Part shown: positions 20,759 to 29,855 of the stretch, piece after piece | Numbering within the stretch: the stretch's first letter is position 1 | Layout of the letters: each line of letters opens with the position of its first letter | Source of the DNA: Hydrogenophilaceae bacterium | GTDB taxonomy: Bacteria > Pseudomonadota > Gammaproteobacteria > Burkholderiales > Thiobacillaceae | DNA: 64,000 nucleotides | Direction: 5' to 3' | NCBI GenBank assembly: GCA_024709485.1 | Contig: JANJWO010000019.1 | Location: 33,554 to 97,553, forward strand | Translations under genes and position numbers: made by a program | Notes under the pieces: generated by a model | The model's input: only the letters and a program-made list of their open reading frames with translations | The model's database searches: none | What the model was told of the DNA's origin: nothing

Positions 20759-20910
20759 TTCGCAAAGGATGCAAAGAAAAACCGATTACACAGAGGAAGC
20801 AGAGGTAACAGAGGAATCCAATGCGCTTTTTAAATCCCAGATTTTTCCTCTGCTACCTCTGTTACCTCTGTGTTCAAAGCTTTTACAGAGTTCTGTGTCC
20901 TCCGCGGTCA
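20759..20910. repeat. 9-bp-period palindromic element, subfamily B, composite (copy 4)
   Basis: Inner ACACAGAGGAAGCAGAGGTAACAGAGG ... CCTCTGCTACCTCTGTTACCTCTGTGT (20788-20873). Outer remnants CGCAAAGGATGCAAAG and TTCTGTGTCCTCCGCGGTCA. Confidence 0.9.
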
Positions 20911-20918
20911 AACATTCC

Positions 20919-22694
20919 TTACCGCACCTTCACCTTCACCAGTTCCTCGCCATCCGGATCGGTCACGTGCACCGCGCAGGCGAGACAGGGATCGAAGCTG
21001 TGGATGGTGCGCAGGATTTCGATCGGCTGCTTGGGGTCGTGCAGCACGTGGTTGTGCTGCAGCGCCGCCTCGTAGGCGCCGGGCTGGCCGGCGGCGTCGC
21101 GCGGGCCGGCGTTCCAGGTCGAGGGCACCACCGCCTGGTAGTTGGCGATTTTTTCATTTTCAATAACGATGTAGTGCGCCAGGCCGCCGCGCGGCGCCTC
21201 CATGAAGCCGGCGCCCTTGGCGGTCTTGGGCCAGGTCGAGGGCTCCCACAGCTTCTCGTTGAAGGTGCGGGTGTCGCCGGCCTTGATATTGGCCATGAGC
21301 TGGTCGAACCAGCCCTGCATGGCGTCGGCGATGAGCTTGGATTCCAGCGTGCGCGCGGCTGTTCTGCCGAGGGTGGAAAACAGCGCCTCGACCGGCACGT
21401 CGAGCTTGCCGAGCGTCATGCCCACCAGCTCCCTGGTCGGCGCGTGGCCATTCGCATACAGCATCAGCACGCGCGCCAGCGGGCCGACTTCCATGGCGTG
21501 CCCCTTCCAGCGCGGCGACTTGAGCCAGGAATATTTCTGCTCGACGTCCAAGTGCTGGTACGGCGGCTTGGGCCCGGTGTAGTTGAATTCGGTCTCGCCC
21601 TTGTAGGGGTGCAGGCCGGTCTCGTCGCCGACGCTGTACTTGTACCAGGAGTGGGAGACGAATTCCTGGATCTCGCCGTCGGCGTGCAGGTCCACCGGGT
21701 GGATCTTGGAAAGATCGCGGTTGAGGATGGCGCCGCGCGGGATGAGCAGCGCATCGGTGTCCCACATGCTTTTCTCGGGAAATTCGCCGTAGGTGAGGAA
21801 ATTGCCCAGCCCCTCGCCCATGCCACCCCACTCCTTGTAGAAGCCGGCGATCGCCAGGGTGTCGGGCACGTAGACCTGGTCGACGAACTCGCGCATCTGG
21901 GTGATGACGTTCTGCACCGTCTGCAGGCCGACGAGGTTGAGCGCCGTGGCATCCTGCCCGCCGCGATACATGGGCCCCTTGCCGCGGCCGCCGCCGCTTT
22001 GCACCGAGATCGCCGAGGGCACGCCGCCCACCAGGAACATGGGGTGCGGGTTCTTGCCGCCGAAGATGGCGTGCAGCTTGACCACGTCGCGCTGCCAGGC
22101 GAGCGCTTCCAGATAATGCGCCACCGCCATCAGGTTGGCTTCCGGCGGCAGCTTGTAGGCCGGGTGGCCCCAGTAGGCGTTGGAGAAGATGCCGAGCTGG
22201 CCGCCCTCGACGAAGTTCCTCACCTTCTTCTGCACCTCGGCGAAATAGCCGGGCGAGGACTTGGGATAGCCGCTGATGCTCTGCGCCAGTTCCGAGGTCG
22301 CCTTGGGGTCGGCCTTCAACGCCGACACCACGTCGACCCAGTCGAGCGCGTGCAGGTGATAGAAGTGCATGACGTGGTCGTGCACGAACTGCGCCCCGAT
22401 CATCAGGTTGCGGATCAGCTCGGCGTTCCTCGGAATCTCGTACTTCAACGCATCCTCGACCGCGCGCACGCTGGCGATGCCGTGCACCAGCGTGCACACG
22501 CCGCAAATTCTTTGTGTAAAAGCCCAGGCGTCGCGCGGGTCGCGGCCTCTGAGGATGATCTCGATGCCGCGCACCATGGTGCCGGCGGAATAGGCCTGGG
22601 TGATCCTGCCGCCGGGATCGGTCTCCGCCTCGATGCGCAAATGGCCTTCGATGCGGGTGATGGGGTCGACTACTACTCGTTGGGGGGCATTCAT
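20919..22694 (-). CDS. hynL: Group 1e [NiFe] hydrogenase large subunit
   Basis: VDPITRIEGH, L1 QRICGVCTLVH, L2 HSFDPCLACAVH. isp1/isp2 lie between the subunit genes. The ORF-track extension to 22778 is repeat-derived. Confidence 0.95.
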   Translation of the reverse strand: MNAPQRVVVDPITRIEGHLRIEAETDPGGRITQAYSAGTMVRGIEIILRGRDPRDAWAFTQRICGVCTLVHGIASVRAVEDALKYEIPRNAELIRNLMIGAQFVHDHVMHFYHLHALDWVDVVSALKADPKATSELAQSISGYPKSSPGYFAEVQKKVRNFVEGGQLGIFSNAYWGHPAYKLPPEANLMAVAHYLEALAWQRDVVKLHAIFGGKNPHPMFLVGGVPSAISVQSGGGRGKGPMYRGGQDATALNLVGLQTVQNVITQMREFVDQVYVPDTLAIAGFYKEWGGMGEGLGNFLTYGEFPEKSMWDTDALLIPRGAILNRDLSKIHPVDLHADGEIQEFVSHSWYKYSVGDETGLHPYKGETEFNYTGPKPPYQHLDVEQKYSWLKSPRWKGHAMEVGPLARVLMLYANGHAPTRELVGMTLGKLDVPVEALFSTLGRTAARTLESKLIADAMQGWFDQLMANIKAGDTRTFNEKLWEPSTWPKTAKGAGFMEAPRGGLAHYIVIENEKIANYQAVVPSTWNAGPRDAAGQPGAYEAALQHNHVLHDPKQPIEILRTIHSFDPCLACAVHVTDPDGEELVKVKVR

Positions 22695-22710
22695 CTTCAA
22701 AACCTCCTCA

Positions 22711-22841
22711 AGCCACAGAGGACACAGAGAACACAGAGGAAATTCCACCTTGCCGTTTCGGGTGCATCGTCCAGGCAAAATGCGTCAGGCAGACGTGCAA
22801 GCTTTCGTTCTTTCTCTGTGCACTCTGTGATCTCTGTGGCT
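22711..22841. repeat. 9-bp-period palindromic element, subfamily A (copy 5, best preserved)
   Basis: AGCCACAGAGGACACAGAGAACACAGAG ... CTCTGTGCACTCTGTGATCTCTGTGGCT. Confidence 0.92.
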
Positions 22842-22873
22842 GATTTGCTTTTTCATGTTTCATATCGGCTCCC

Positions 22874-24136
22874 TCAGTCTTCCAGGTGTTCGGCCAGCAG
22901 TTCGGTCAGGCCCAAGAGTTGCGTGTTCATCTCGAAATGATCGACGGCCTCTTCCAGGGTGATGCGGCAGTTGGCGCAGAAGGTCACCATGGTGTTGACG
23001 CCGGTTTCCTCGATCTGCGCCTTCTTGCGCTTGAACGCGGTGTAGCGCAGCTCCTCGGCGGCCGGCTCGTGGATGGCGGAGGCGCCGCCGCCGCCGCCGC
23101 AGCACCAGTTCATCTTGCCGCGGTCGGTCATGGGGCGGAACTCGACCACCACTTCCTTGAGCAGGGCCTCGGGCGCATTCAGCACGCCGCCGCGGCGTAC
23201 GATCTGGCAGGGATCGTGCAAGGTGACCGGGGTCTTCAGCTTGTCCTTCATTTTCAGCACGCCCTTGGCGCGCAACTCGTCGAGCAGCTCCAGCACGTGC
23301 ACCACCTCGAACTTGAACGGCCGGCCCACGAGGTTGGGGCCTTCCCAGCGGATGGCCATGTAGGCGTGGCCGCATTCGGGCGACAGCACCTTCTTCACGC
23401 CCAGCTTCTCGGCGGCGTTGACGATGCGCGAGACGATCTCGCGCGCGAGGTCGCTGTTGCCGATCTGGATGCCGGCATTGGTGGCCTCGAAAGCTTGCGA
23501 CGACAAGGTCCAGCTGATGCCGGCCTTGTTGAAGATCTTGGCCAGCGCGGCGATGTATTCCGGATAGTTGACGATCTCCATCGAGGACAGCAGCACCATG
23601 TACTCGGCGCCGGCCTGGTCGACGGGAACCTTGTGGCCGCTGTCCGCTTCCACGTGCTTGATGACGTTCTGCACCGCCGGCCACTTGAGGCCCATGGGCC
23701 CGCCCAGTTCGACCGTGCGCTTGGTGGCGTTGACGATGCCCTCGGGCGCATGGCCCGATACCGCCATGCCCTCGCGCAGCTTGCGGATCATGTAGGTCAA
23801 ATCATTGCCGACCGGGCACACCATGCTGCAGCGTCCGCACAGGGTGCAACTGTCGTAGACCAGTTCGCTCCAGGCTTCCAGTTCATCGTCGCTGACGGGC
23901 TTGGCCAGCCCGGCCAGTTTCGCCAGTCGCCCCAGCAGGGTGTATTCCTGCTGGTACACGCGCTTCAAGGGCTCCAGCTTGTGGATGGGCGTGTACTTGG
24001 GGTCGCCGGTCTCCGTGTAGAACAGGCAGGCTTCGGCGCACAGGCCGCAGTGCACGCAGCTGGCGAAGAAACTGGCGACCGGCGCGTCGATCACTTCCTT
24101 CAGCGCGTTGATGCCTTTTTGCAGGGATGCGGTCAT
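22874..24136 (-). CDS. isp2: Isp2, heterodisulfide-reductase-like (DsrK/HdrD-like) Fe-S protein
   Basis: CVHCGLCAEAC, CTLCGRCSMVCP, ECGH, HDPC, CCGGGGG, CANC (CCG domain). Confidence 0.88.
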   Translation of the reverse strand: MTASLQKGINALKEVIDAPVASFFASCVHCGLCAEACLFYTETGDPKYTPIHKLEPLKRVYQQEYTLLGRLAKLAGLAKPVSDDELEAWSELVYDSCTLCGRCSMVCPVGNDLTYMIRKLREGMAVSGHAPEGIVNATKRTVELGGPMGLKWPAVQNVIKHVEADSGHKVPVDQAGAEYMVLLSSMEIVNYPEYIAALAKIFNKAGISWTLSSQAFEATNAGIQIGNSDLAREIVSRIVNAAEKLGVKKVLSPECGHAYMAIRWEGPNLVGRPFKFEVVHVLELLDELRAKGVLKMKDKLKTPVTLHDPCQIVRRGGVLNAPEALLKEVVVEFRPMTDRGKMNWCCGGGGGASAIHEPAAEELRYTAFKRKKAQIEETGVNTMVTFCANCRITLEEAVDHFEMNTQLLGLTELLAEHLED

Positions 24137-24148
24137 GTCACTCCCCCC

Positions 24149-24808
24149 TTATGCCGGCACGCCGCGCTTGCCGCTGATGTCGCCGTTGTACCAGCGCGAG
24201 GCGAACAGCGTGAAGACGTGGATCAGCTTGGTGAACGGCAGCGCGACCAGCAACAACTCGACGCTGAGGATGTGCAGCGCCAGCATGGTGGTGTACGGCA
24301 GCAGCAGGTGCTTGACCGCGAGGAAGCCGGTCAAGAGCGGCAGGAAGGTCAGCGCCCAGGCGGCATAGTCGCCGAAGCTGGAGAGATAGCGCTTGACCGG
24401 GTTGTTGATGCGGTCGAACAGCACCAGCAGCATGGTCGCCAGCGTCACCACCGCCACCGCGTCGATCACCTGCGAAGGCAGGCCCGGCCACGACAGGCCA
24501 ACGAGACTTTCCGCCAGCTTGATGTGCGGCGCGAACAGGAACACCACGATAAACAGGCCGATGTGAAAGATGTAGCCGCCGATGTAGCTCACTGGCGAGC
24601 GCTTGAGCATGCCGTGCGGCGGCAACGAGCGGCGCACGATGGTATGCCAGCCCGAGGCGCCGGCAACGCTGCGCGCCGGCGCCAGATCCTGCTTGCGGCC
24701 CAGCGTGTAGATTTCGATCAGCCGCCACAGCATGCCCAGGATGAACAGGCCGATGGCGATGTTGAGTCCGGTGCCGCGCGCCCAGGTTAGTAATTGCATT
24801 TCATTCAT
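24149..24808 (-). CDS. isp1: Isp1, membrane b-type cytochrome (NarI/DsrM-like)
   Basis: About 5 TM helices, heme-ligand His in YIFHIG, APHI, LALHILS, PFTKLIH. Confidence 0.85.
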   Translation of the reverse strand: MNEMQLLTWARGTGLNIAIGLFILGMLWRLIEIYTLGRKQDLAPARSVAGASGWHTIVRRSLPPHGMLKRSPVSYIGGYIFHIGLFIVVFLFAPHIKLAESLVGLSWPGLPSQVIDAVAVVTLATMLLVLFDRINNPVKRYLSSFGDYAAWALTFLPLLTGFLAVKHLLLPYTTMLALHILSVELLLVALPFTKLIHVFTLFASRWYNGDISGKRGVPA

Positions 24809-24826
24809 GGTCAAAACCTCACTTCA

Positions 24827-24943
24827 AGCCACAGAGGACACAGAGGAAAAGCCGAGGAAATTTTCACGGTGCGGTCAGTTTCGAGAACAACGCCAAATCC
24901 AGGAAAGCTTGCTTCTCTGTGCCTCTCTGTGTTCTCTGTGGCT
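24827..24943. repeat. 9-bp-period palindromic element, subfamily A (copy 6)
   Basis: AGCCACAGAGGACACAGAG ... CTCTGTGCCTCTCTGTGTTCTCTGTGGCT, between hynS and isp1. Confidence 0.9.
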
Positions 24944-24961
24944 GATTGTCTTAAGCGCATT

Positions 24962-26047
24962 TCACTTCTCCAGATCCGGCAGCTCGGTCTTCTCGTGCGC
25001 GGCCTTGGCCGCGTTCTTGGACGCGCGGTTGGCGACGGACACCGCCGCGCCCGCCGCCACGCCTATGGCCGCCGCCGCGCCCACGTACTTGAGCGGGTTG
25101 GCCGGGGTGGAGAGCGCCTTGTAGAAGCCGCCGGCATCCCAGAAATCCGGCTCCGAGCAGCCGATGCAGCCGTGGCCGGATTCGATCGGGAAGGAAGTCG
25201 AGTCGTTCCACTTGGTGGTGGCGCAGGCGTTGTAGGTCACCGGCCCCTTGCAGCCCAGCTCGAACAGGCACCAGCCCTTGCGCGCGCCTTCATCGTCGAA
25301 GGTCTTGGCGAACTTGCCCTGGTCGTAGAACGGCCGGCGGTAGCAGCGGTCGTGGATGGTCTCGCCGTAGAAGGCCTTGGGCCGGCCGAGGGCGTCGAGT
25401 TCCGGCAGCGTGCCGAAAGTGAGGTAATGCGCCAGCACCCCGGTGATGACCACGGGGATGGGCGGGCAGCCGGAAATGTTGACGATGGGCTTGTCCTTGA
25501 TGATGTCGGACACCGCCACCGCGCCGGTGGGATTGGGCTTGGCCTTGGGAATGCCGCCGAAGGACGCGCACGTGCCCAGCGCCACGATGGCGGCCGCGCC
25601 CGGGGCGGCTTCCTTCAACAGGTCGAGGTTGCTGCGCCCGGCGATGCAGGAATAGGCGCCGTCCAGTCCGGTCGCCACCGAGCCGTCGACGATCAGCACG
25701 TACTTGCCGTAGTTGTCCTTCATCGCGTTGTGCAGGGCGGCCTCGGCCTGGTGGCCGGCGGCGGCCATCAGGGTCTCGTGATAGTCCAGCGAGATCATGT
25801 TGAAGATCATGCCCTCGATGCTGGGCGTGTGCGAGCGGGTGACGGACTCGGTACAGCCGGTGCATTCCTGGAACGGCAGCCAGATCACCGAGGGACGTTT
25901 GGCCTTGCCCAGGGCTTCGGCCATGGCGGCGGCGGCCGTCGGCGGCAGCGCCATCAGCGAGGCGAGCGAGGCGCAGTACTTGAGAAAGGTGCGGCGGGAC
26001 ATGCCCTCCCGCTGCATGTGCTCCAGCAGGGTTTCTTCCTCGTCCAT
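24962..26047 (-). CDS. hynS: Group 1e [NiFe] hydrogenase small subunit (Tat substrate)
   Basis: SRRTFLK Tat motif, ECTGC, GCPP, HDRCYRR, GCKGP, HGCIGCSEP, C-terminal hydrophobic anchor. Confidence 0.95.
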   Translation of the reverse strand: MDEEETLLEHMQREGMSRRTFLKYCASLASLMALPPTAAAAMAEALGKAKRPSVIWLPFQECTGCTESVTRSHTPSIEGMIFNMISLDYHETLMAAAGHQAEAALHNAMKDNYGKYVLIVDGSVATGLDGAYSCIAGRSNLDLLKEAAPGAAAIVALGTCASFGGIPKAKPNPTGAVAVSDIIKDKPIVNISGCPPIPVVITGVLAHYLTFGTLPELDALGRPKAFYGETIHDRCYRRPFYDQGKFAKTFDDEGARKGWCLFELGCKGPVTYNACATTKWNDSTSFPIESGHGCIGCSEPDFWDAGGFYKALSTPANPLKYVGAAAAIGVAAGAAVSVANRASKNAAKAAHEKTELPDLEK

Positions 26048-26062
26048 TTTTTGGGCCCTCCT

Positions 26063-26476
26063 CTAGGAGTTCTGTTTCAAACTGGCTTGCAGGCGTTCGT
26101 GCGCCTGTTCGATGTCCGCGCTGGCCGGCCTGAGGATGGCTGGCACATAGGCGACTTCGATGAATTCCGCCACCACGCGTTCTTCGGTGTCACGGTGCGT
26201 CACTTTCCACACCCCGGCATAGGCGGTTTCATGGAGGTCCGAGCGCCCGCCGGCCTCGAGGGCGATTTCCACCTCGCCGCGGCCGAGCTTTTCGTCCAGC
26301 CAGTCGCGGTCGGCCGGCGACAACGGCAGGCTGCGCAGGTCGATGCTGCCCGCCTCGCCCGTTGCCAGCAGCCGGCCCAGCAGGTCGGAAATTTCACTTA
26401 ACACGGCCTCGGCCTGCCCGGTCAGCATCTCGTCGGGCGACAGCACGTGAACCGGAATCTCGTTAATGGACTGCAT
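26063..26476 (-). CDS. Hydrogenase expression/formation protein (HupH/HyaF C-terminal domain)
   Basis: IDLRSLPL..D...L...LGRGEV...ET...GVW motif. Confidence 0.75.
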   Translation of the reverse strand: MQSINEIPVHVLSPDEMLTGQAEAVLSEISDLLGRLLATGEAGSIDLRSLPLSPADRDWLDEKLGRGEVEIALEAGGRSDLHETAYAGVWKVTHRDTEERVVAEFIEVAYVPAILRPASADIEQAHERLQASLKQNS

Positions 26477-26939
26477 GCCACTCCTTCACCAGGGCTTCGA
26501 TCTGGCGGCAGGCCTCGGGGATGGCGGACTGCACCGGCGGCGTGGGCTCCTGGCCCCAATCCAGCTTTTCGGGCTGGATCGCCACCAGGGCGCGCTTTTG
26601 CGGCCAGCGCTCGGTCAATTGGGCGATGGCCATGAGGTCGGTCAGGCCGACTTCGTGCACGCTGGATTTGCGGTTGCCGCGCAGGAAGTTGTCCATGTCC
26701 TCGCCCTGGAACAGGCGCAGGGTGCCGGGCGGCGACTTGAGCTGGGCGGCATCGACCACGATCAGCGAATCCGCCTCCTCGATGGCGACGGCGAGCGTGA
26801 AAGACAGGGTGCCGCCGTCGATCAGATCGACGACCCCCTCCTGCGGCAACGCCGTCTTCGCCAGCGCCTCCAGGACGTGGATGCCCACCCCCTCGTCGCT
26901 CAGCAAAGTGTTGCCCACCCCCAATATGATTGTTTTCAT
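26463..26939 (-). CDS. hyaD: HyaD/HybD family hydrogenase maturation protease
   Basis: LGVGNTLLSDEGVG, IDGGT, VVDA, SVHEVGL. Confidence 0.9.
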   Translation of the reverse strand: MKTIILGVGNTLLSDEGVGIHVLEALAKTALPQEGVVDLIDGGTLSFTLAVAIEEADSLIVVDAAQLKSPPGTLRLFQGEDMDNFLRGNRKSSVHEVGLTDLMAIAQLTERWPQKRALVAIQPEKLDWGQEPTPPVQSAIPEACRQIEALVKEWHAVH

Positions 26940-27124
26940 TCTCAACAATCTAGTGGGCCGACCAGGAAATTACAACCAAGCAAATTACTCGGACATCGGC
27001 GGCTAATTTTCCGATCCGAATAGAGTTGATGTATCCAAATCAGGCGCTAAACTTGCTGAAAGCCTGCAAGCACCAAACACCAGCCTTGCAACGATACGGA
27101 CCGCAATCCAGGAAGCTGAAGCCC

Positions 27125-27370
27125 ATGTGCCTAGCCATTCCCATGCAGATCGAAAGCGTCGACGGCTTCATGGCCCGCTGCCAGGCCAAGGGCATCTACC
27201 GCGATGTCAGCCTGTTCATGATGCAGGACGAGCCGCCGCAAATCGGCGACTACGTCATGGTGCACGTGGGCTATGCCATCCAGAAGGTGAGCGAGGCGGA
27301 TGCGCGCACCGCCTGGGAGCTGTTCGACCAGATCCTGGAAGAGACCGGCGGCACCGGCTGCGCCAGCTGA
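27125..27370 (+). CDS. hypC: Hydrogenase assembly chaperone HypC
   Basis: MCLAIP start, GDYVMVHVGYAI. Confidence 0.95.
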   Translation: MCLAIPMQIESVDGFMARCQAKGIYRDVSLFMMQDEPPQIGDYVMVHVGYAIQKVSEADARTAWELFDQILEETGGTGCAS

Positions 27371-27371
27371 G

Positions 27372-27734
27372 ATGCACGAACTGTCCGTGGCCCAGGCCCT
27401 GGTCGAGCAGATCGACGGCATCGTGCGCGCCCACGGCGCCGAGGCCGCGGCTTCGTTCCGGGTGCGCATCGGCCCGCTCTCGGGCGTGGTGCCGGAACTG
27501 CTGGCAGCGGCCTTCGGCCTCGCCGCCGCCGGCAGCGCCGCCGCACAGGCAACGATGGAACTGCTGGAAGCCCCGGTACGCGTGCGCTGCCAAACCTGCG
27601 GCGCGGAAACCGGGGCGGCGATGAACCGCCTGCTGTGCGGCGCCTGCGGCGACTGGCATACTCAGCTCATCTCCGGCGACGAGTTGATACTGGAAAGCGT
27701 GGAACTGCGCATGCCGGTGACGGCCGCGCAGTAA
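27372..27734 (+). CDS. hypA: Nickel metallochaperone HypA
   Basis: MHELSVA, two CxxC motifs, GDEL. Confidence 0.95.
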   Translation: MHELSVAQALVEQIDGIVRAHGAEAAASFRVRIGPLSGVVPELLAAAFGLAAAGSAAAQATMELLEAPVRVRCQTCGAETGAAMNRLLCGACGDWHTQLISGDELILESVELRMPVTAAQ

Positions 27735-27750
27735 AAATAGGGGACTCAGT

Positions 27751-28557
27751 ATGTGTGACACCTGCGGCTGCAACCTCACTCCCGGCAACAGGACGTTCGC
27801 CTACAAACCGGTCGAACCCGGCGCCACCACGGTGTCGGTGCTGCAGAACCTGCTGAAGAAAAATGACGACCAGGCCGCGCACAACCGCGCCCATTTCGAC
27901 GCACGCGGCATCCTCGCCGTCAACCTGATGTCTTCCCCTGGCTCGGGCAAGACCGCGCTGCTGGAAGCGACCATCGCCCGCCTCAAGAACGAATTCGGCA
28001 TCGCCGTGATCGAGGGCGACCTCGAAACCGAGAACGACGCCATGCGCATCCGCGCGCAAGGCGTACCGGCCCACCAGATCGTCACCGGCACCGCCTGCCA
28101 CCTCGATGCCCATCTGGTGCACGACGCGCTGCACCAGATGAGTCTTGAAGGAGTGGACATCCTGTTCATCGAGAACGTCGGCAACCTGGTGTGCCCCGCC
28201 TCCTTCGACCTCGGCCAGCATCTCAACGTCACCCTGCTCTCGGTCACCGAAGGCGATGACAAGCCGGCCAAGTATCCGGTCATGTTCCGCGCCGCCGACG
28301 CCATGCTGCTAACCAAGACCGACCTTTTGGCGGTGCTCGACGACTTCGATCCGGCCAGGGCCGCCTCCCATCTGCGCAATCTCGCCAGCGAAGCGCCGGT
28401 GATGCAGCTCTCGGCGCGCAAGGGCCTGGGCATGGAAGCCTGGCTGCAATGGCTGCGCGAACAGCTCGCCGCCCAGCGCGCGCGCGTCGCCATCGGGCAG
28501 TCGCGCCGCCCCGCCATCCAGCAGGATGGCCAGAAGCTGCACAGCGCGAGTATCTGA
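27751..28557 (+). CDS. hypB: Nickel incorporation GTPase HypB
   Basis: MCDTCGC, SSPGSGKT, CHLDA, ENVGNLVCP, KPAKYP. Confidence 0.95.
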   Translation: MCDTCGCNLTPGNRTFAYKPVEPGATTVSVLQNLLKKNDDQAAHNRAHFDARGILAVNLMSSPGSGKTALLEATIARLKNEFGIAVIEGDLETENDAMRIRAQGVPAHQIVTGTACHLDAHLVHDALHQMSLEGVDILFIENVGNLVCPASFDLGQHLNVTLLSVTEGDDKPAKYPVMFRAADAMLLTKTDLLAVLDDFDPARAASHLRNLASEAPVMQLSARKGLGMEAWLQWLREQLAAQRARVAIGQSRRPAIQQDGQKLHSASI

Positions 28558-29681
28558 TGATCGACGCCCGCGCCTGGCTGGACAAGATCCGCGCGCTCGA
28601 TATCGGGCGCCCGCTAAGAATCATGAACGTGTGCGGCGGACACGAACGCTCCATCACCCAGGCCGGGCTGCGCGGCGCGCTGCCGGCCAACATCGAACTC
28701 ATCCCCGGCCCCGGCTGCCCGGTATGCGTATGTCCGGAAGAGGACATCTACCAGGCCATCCAGCTCGCGCTCAAGGAGCAGGTCATCCTTGTCGCCTACG
28801 GCGACATGCTGCGGGTGCCGGTCAACGTGCCGAAAAGCGAGCCGCGTTCGCTCGACCAGGCCAAGGCCGCCGGCGCCGACGTGCGCCCCATCGCCAGCCC
28901 CACCGAGGCCAAGCAGATCGCGCTGCAGCACCCGGAGAAAAAAGTGGTGTTCTTCGCCGCCGGCTTCGAGACCACCACCGCGCCGACCGCCGCCCTGCTG
29001 GCCGAAGGCGTGCCCGACAATCTGACCATCCTGCTCTCCGGCCGCCTCACCTGGCCGGCGGTGGCCATGCTGCTCGACTCCGACACGCCCGGCTTCGATG
29101 CCCTGGTCGCGCCCGGCCATGTTTCCACCGTGATGGGCCCGGAGGAATGGCAGTTCGTGGTCGAGCGGCACAACATCCCCGCCGCGGTCGCCGGCTTCGC
29201 GCCCGAGTCGCTGCTCGCCGCCTTCTATTCCGTGCTGCGCCAGCTGAAAAGCGGCGAGCGCTTCCTCGACAACTGCTATCCGGAAGTCGTGCAGGCCGGC
29301 GGCAACCCCACGGCGCAGCGCATGATGCGACAGACGCTGGACGTGGTCGATGCCAACTGGCGCGGCATCGGCATCATTCCCAAATCAGGCTATGCGCTGA
29401 AGCCGGCTTATGCCGCGCATGACGCGCGCCTCGTGTTTCCCGACCACAACGGCGCCGACTCCAATCAACCTGGGCGCAAGCGCGCCGGGCAGATGCCGCC
29501 CGGCTGCGACTGCGCCAGGGTGGTCTTGGGCAAGATCTATCCCAACCAATGTCGGCTGTTCGGCACCGGCTGCACCCCGCGCCACCCCATCGGTCCCTGC
29601 ATGGTGTCGGACGAGGGCGCGTGCCGCATCTGGTGGGCGGGCGGCGTGCGCGAACAAGCGGAAGCCTCTGCGACGGAATAA
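28557..29681 (+). CDS. hypD: Hydrogenase formation protein HypD
   Basis: VCGGH, GPGCPVC, GFETT, PGHVS, GPCMVSDEGAC. Confidence 0.95.
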   Translation: MIDARAWLDKIRALDIGRPLRIMNVCGGHERSITQAGLRGALPANIELIPGPGCPVCVCPEEDIYQAIQLALKEQVILVAYGDMLRVPVNVPKSEPRSLDQAKAAGADVRPIASPTEAKQIALQHPEKKVVFFAAGFETTTAPTAALLAEGVPDNLTILLSGRLTWPAVAMLLDSDTPGFDALVAPGHVSTVMGPEEWQFVVERHNIPAAVAGFAPESLLAAFYSVLRQLKSGERFLDNCYPEVVQAGGNPTAQRMMRQTLDVVDANWRGIGIIPKSGYALKPAYAAHDARLVFPDHNGADSNQPGRKRAGQMPPGCDCARVVLGKIYPNQCRLFGTGCTPRHPIGPCMVSDEGACRIWWAGGVREQAEASATE

Positions 29682-29695
29682 TCCTGAAAAAAACC

Positions 29696-29809
29696 AGCTA
29701 CAGAGGACACAGAGAAAATCCTTAGGCTTAAACATTGATCCGGCCCTGCGGATGCAGGATGCCTAGGCCAAAAACTGCTTTCTCTGTGTGCTCTGTGCTC
29801 TCCGTGGCT
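29696..29809. repeat. 9-bp-period palindromic element, subfamily A (copy 7)
   Basis: AGCTACAGAGGACACAGAG ... CTCTGTGTGCTCTGTGCTCTCCGTGGCT, between hypD and hypF. Confidence 0.9.
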
Positions 29810-29855
29810 CGAACTAAAAGGTTGTCAAGCTGTGACTTCAAACCCCGAAGCGTGC

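Noticed and set aside
22695-22778. N-terminal extensions on HynL (from 22778), HydG (from 1257) and HupE (from 20774) in the ORF track
   Set aside because: They are open frames through the repeat elements (e.g. LCSLCPLWL). Family-typical starts lie downstream.
27026-27090. FNR box (TTGATGTATCCAAA) or sigma54 promoter in the hyaD-hypC divergent region
   Set aside because: Only one FNR half-site matches, and the TTGCA lacks the -24 GG. Too weak to call.
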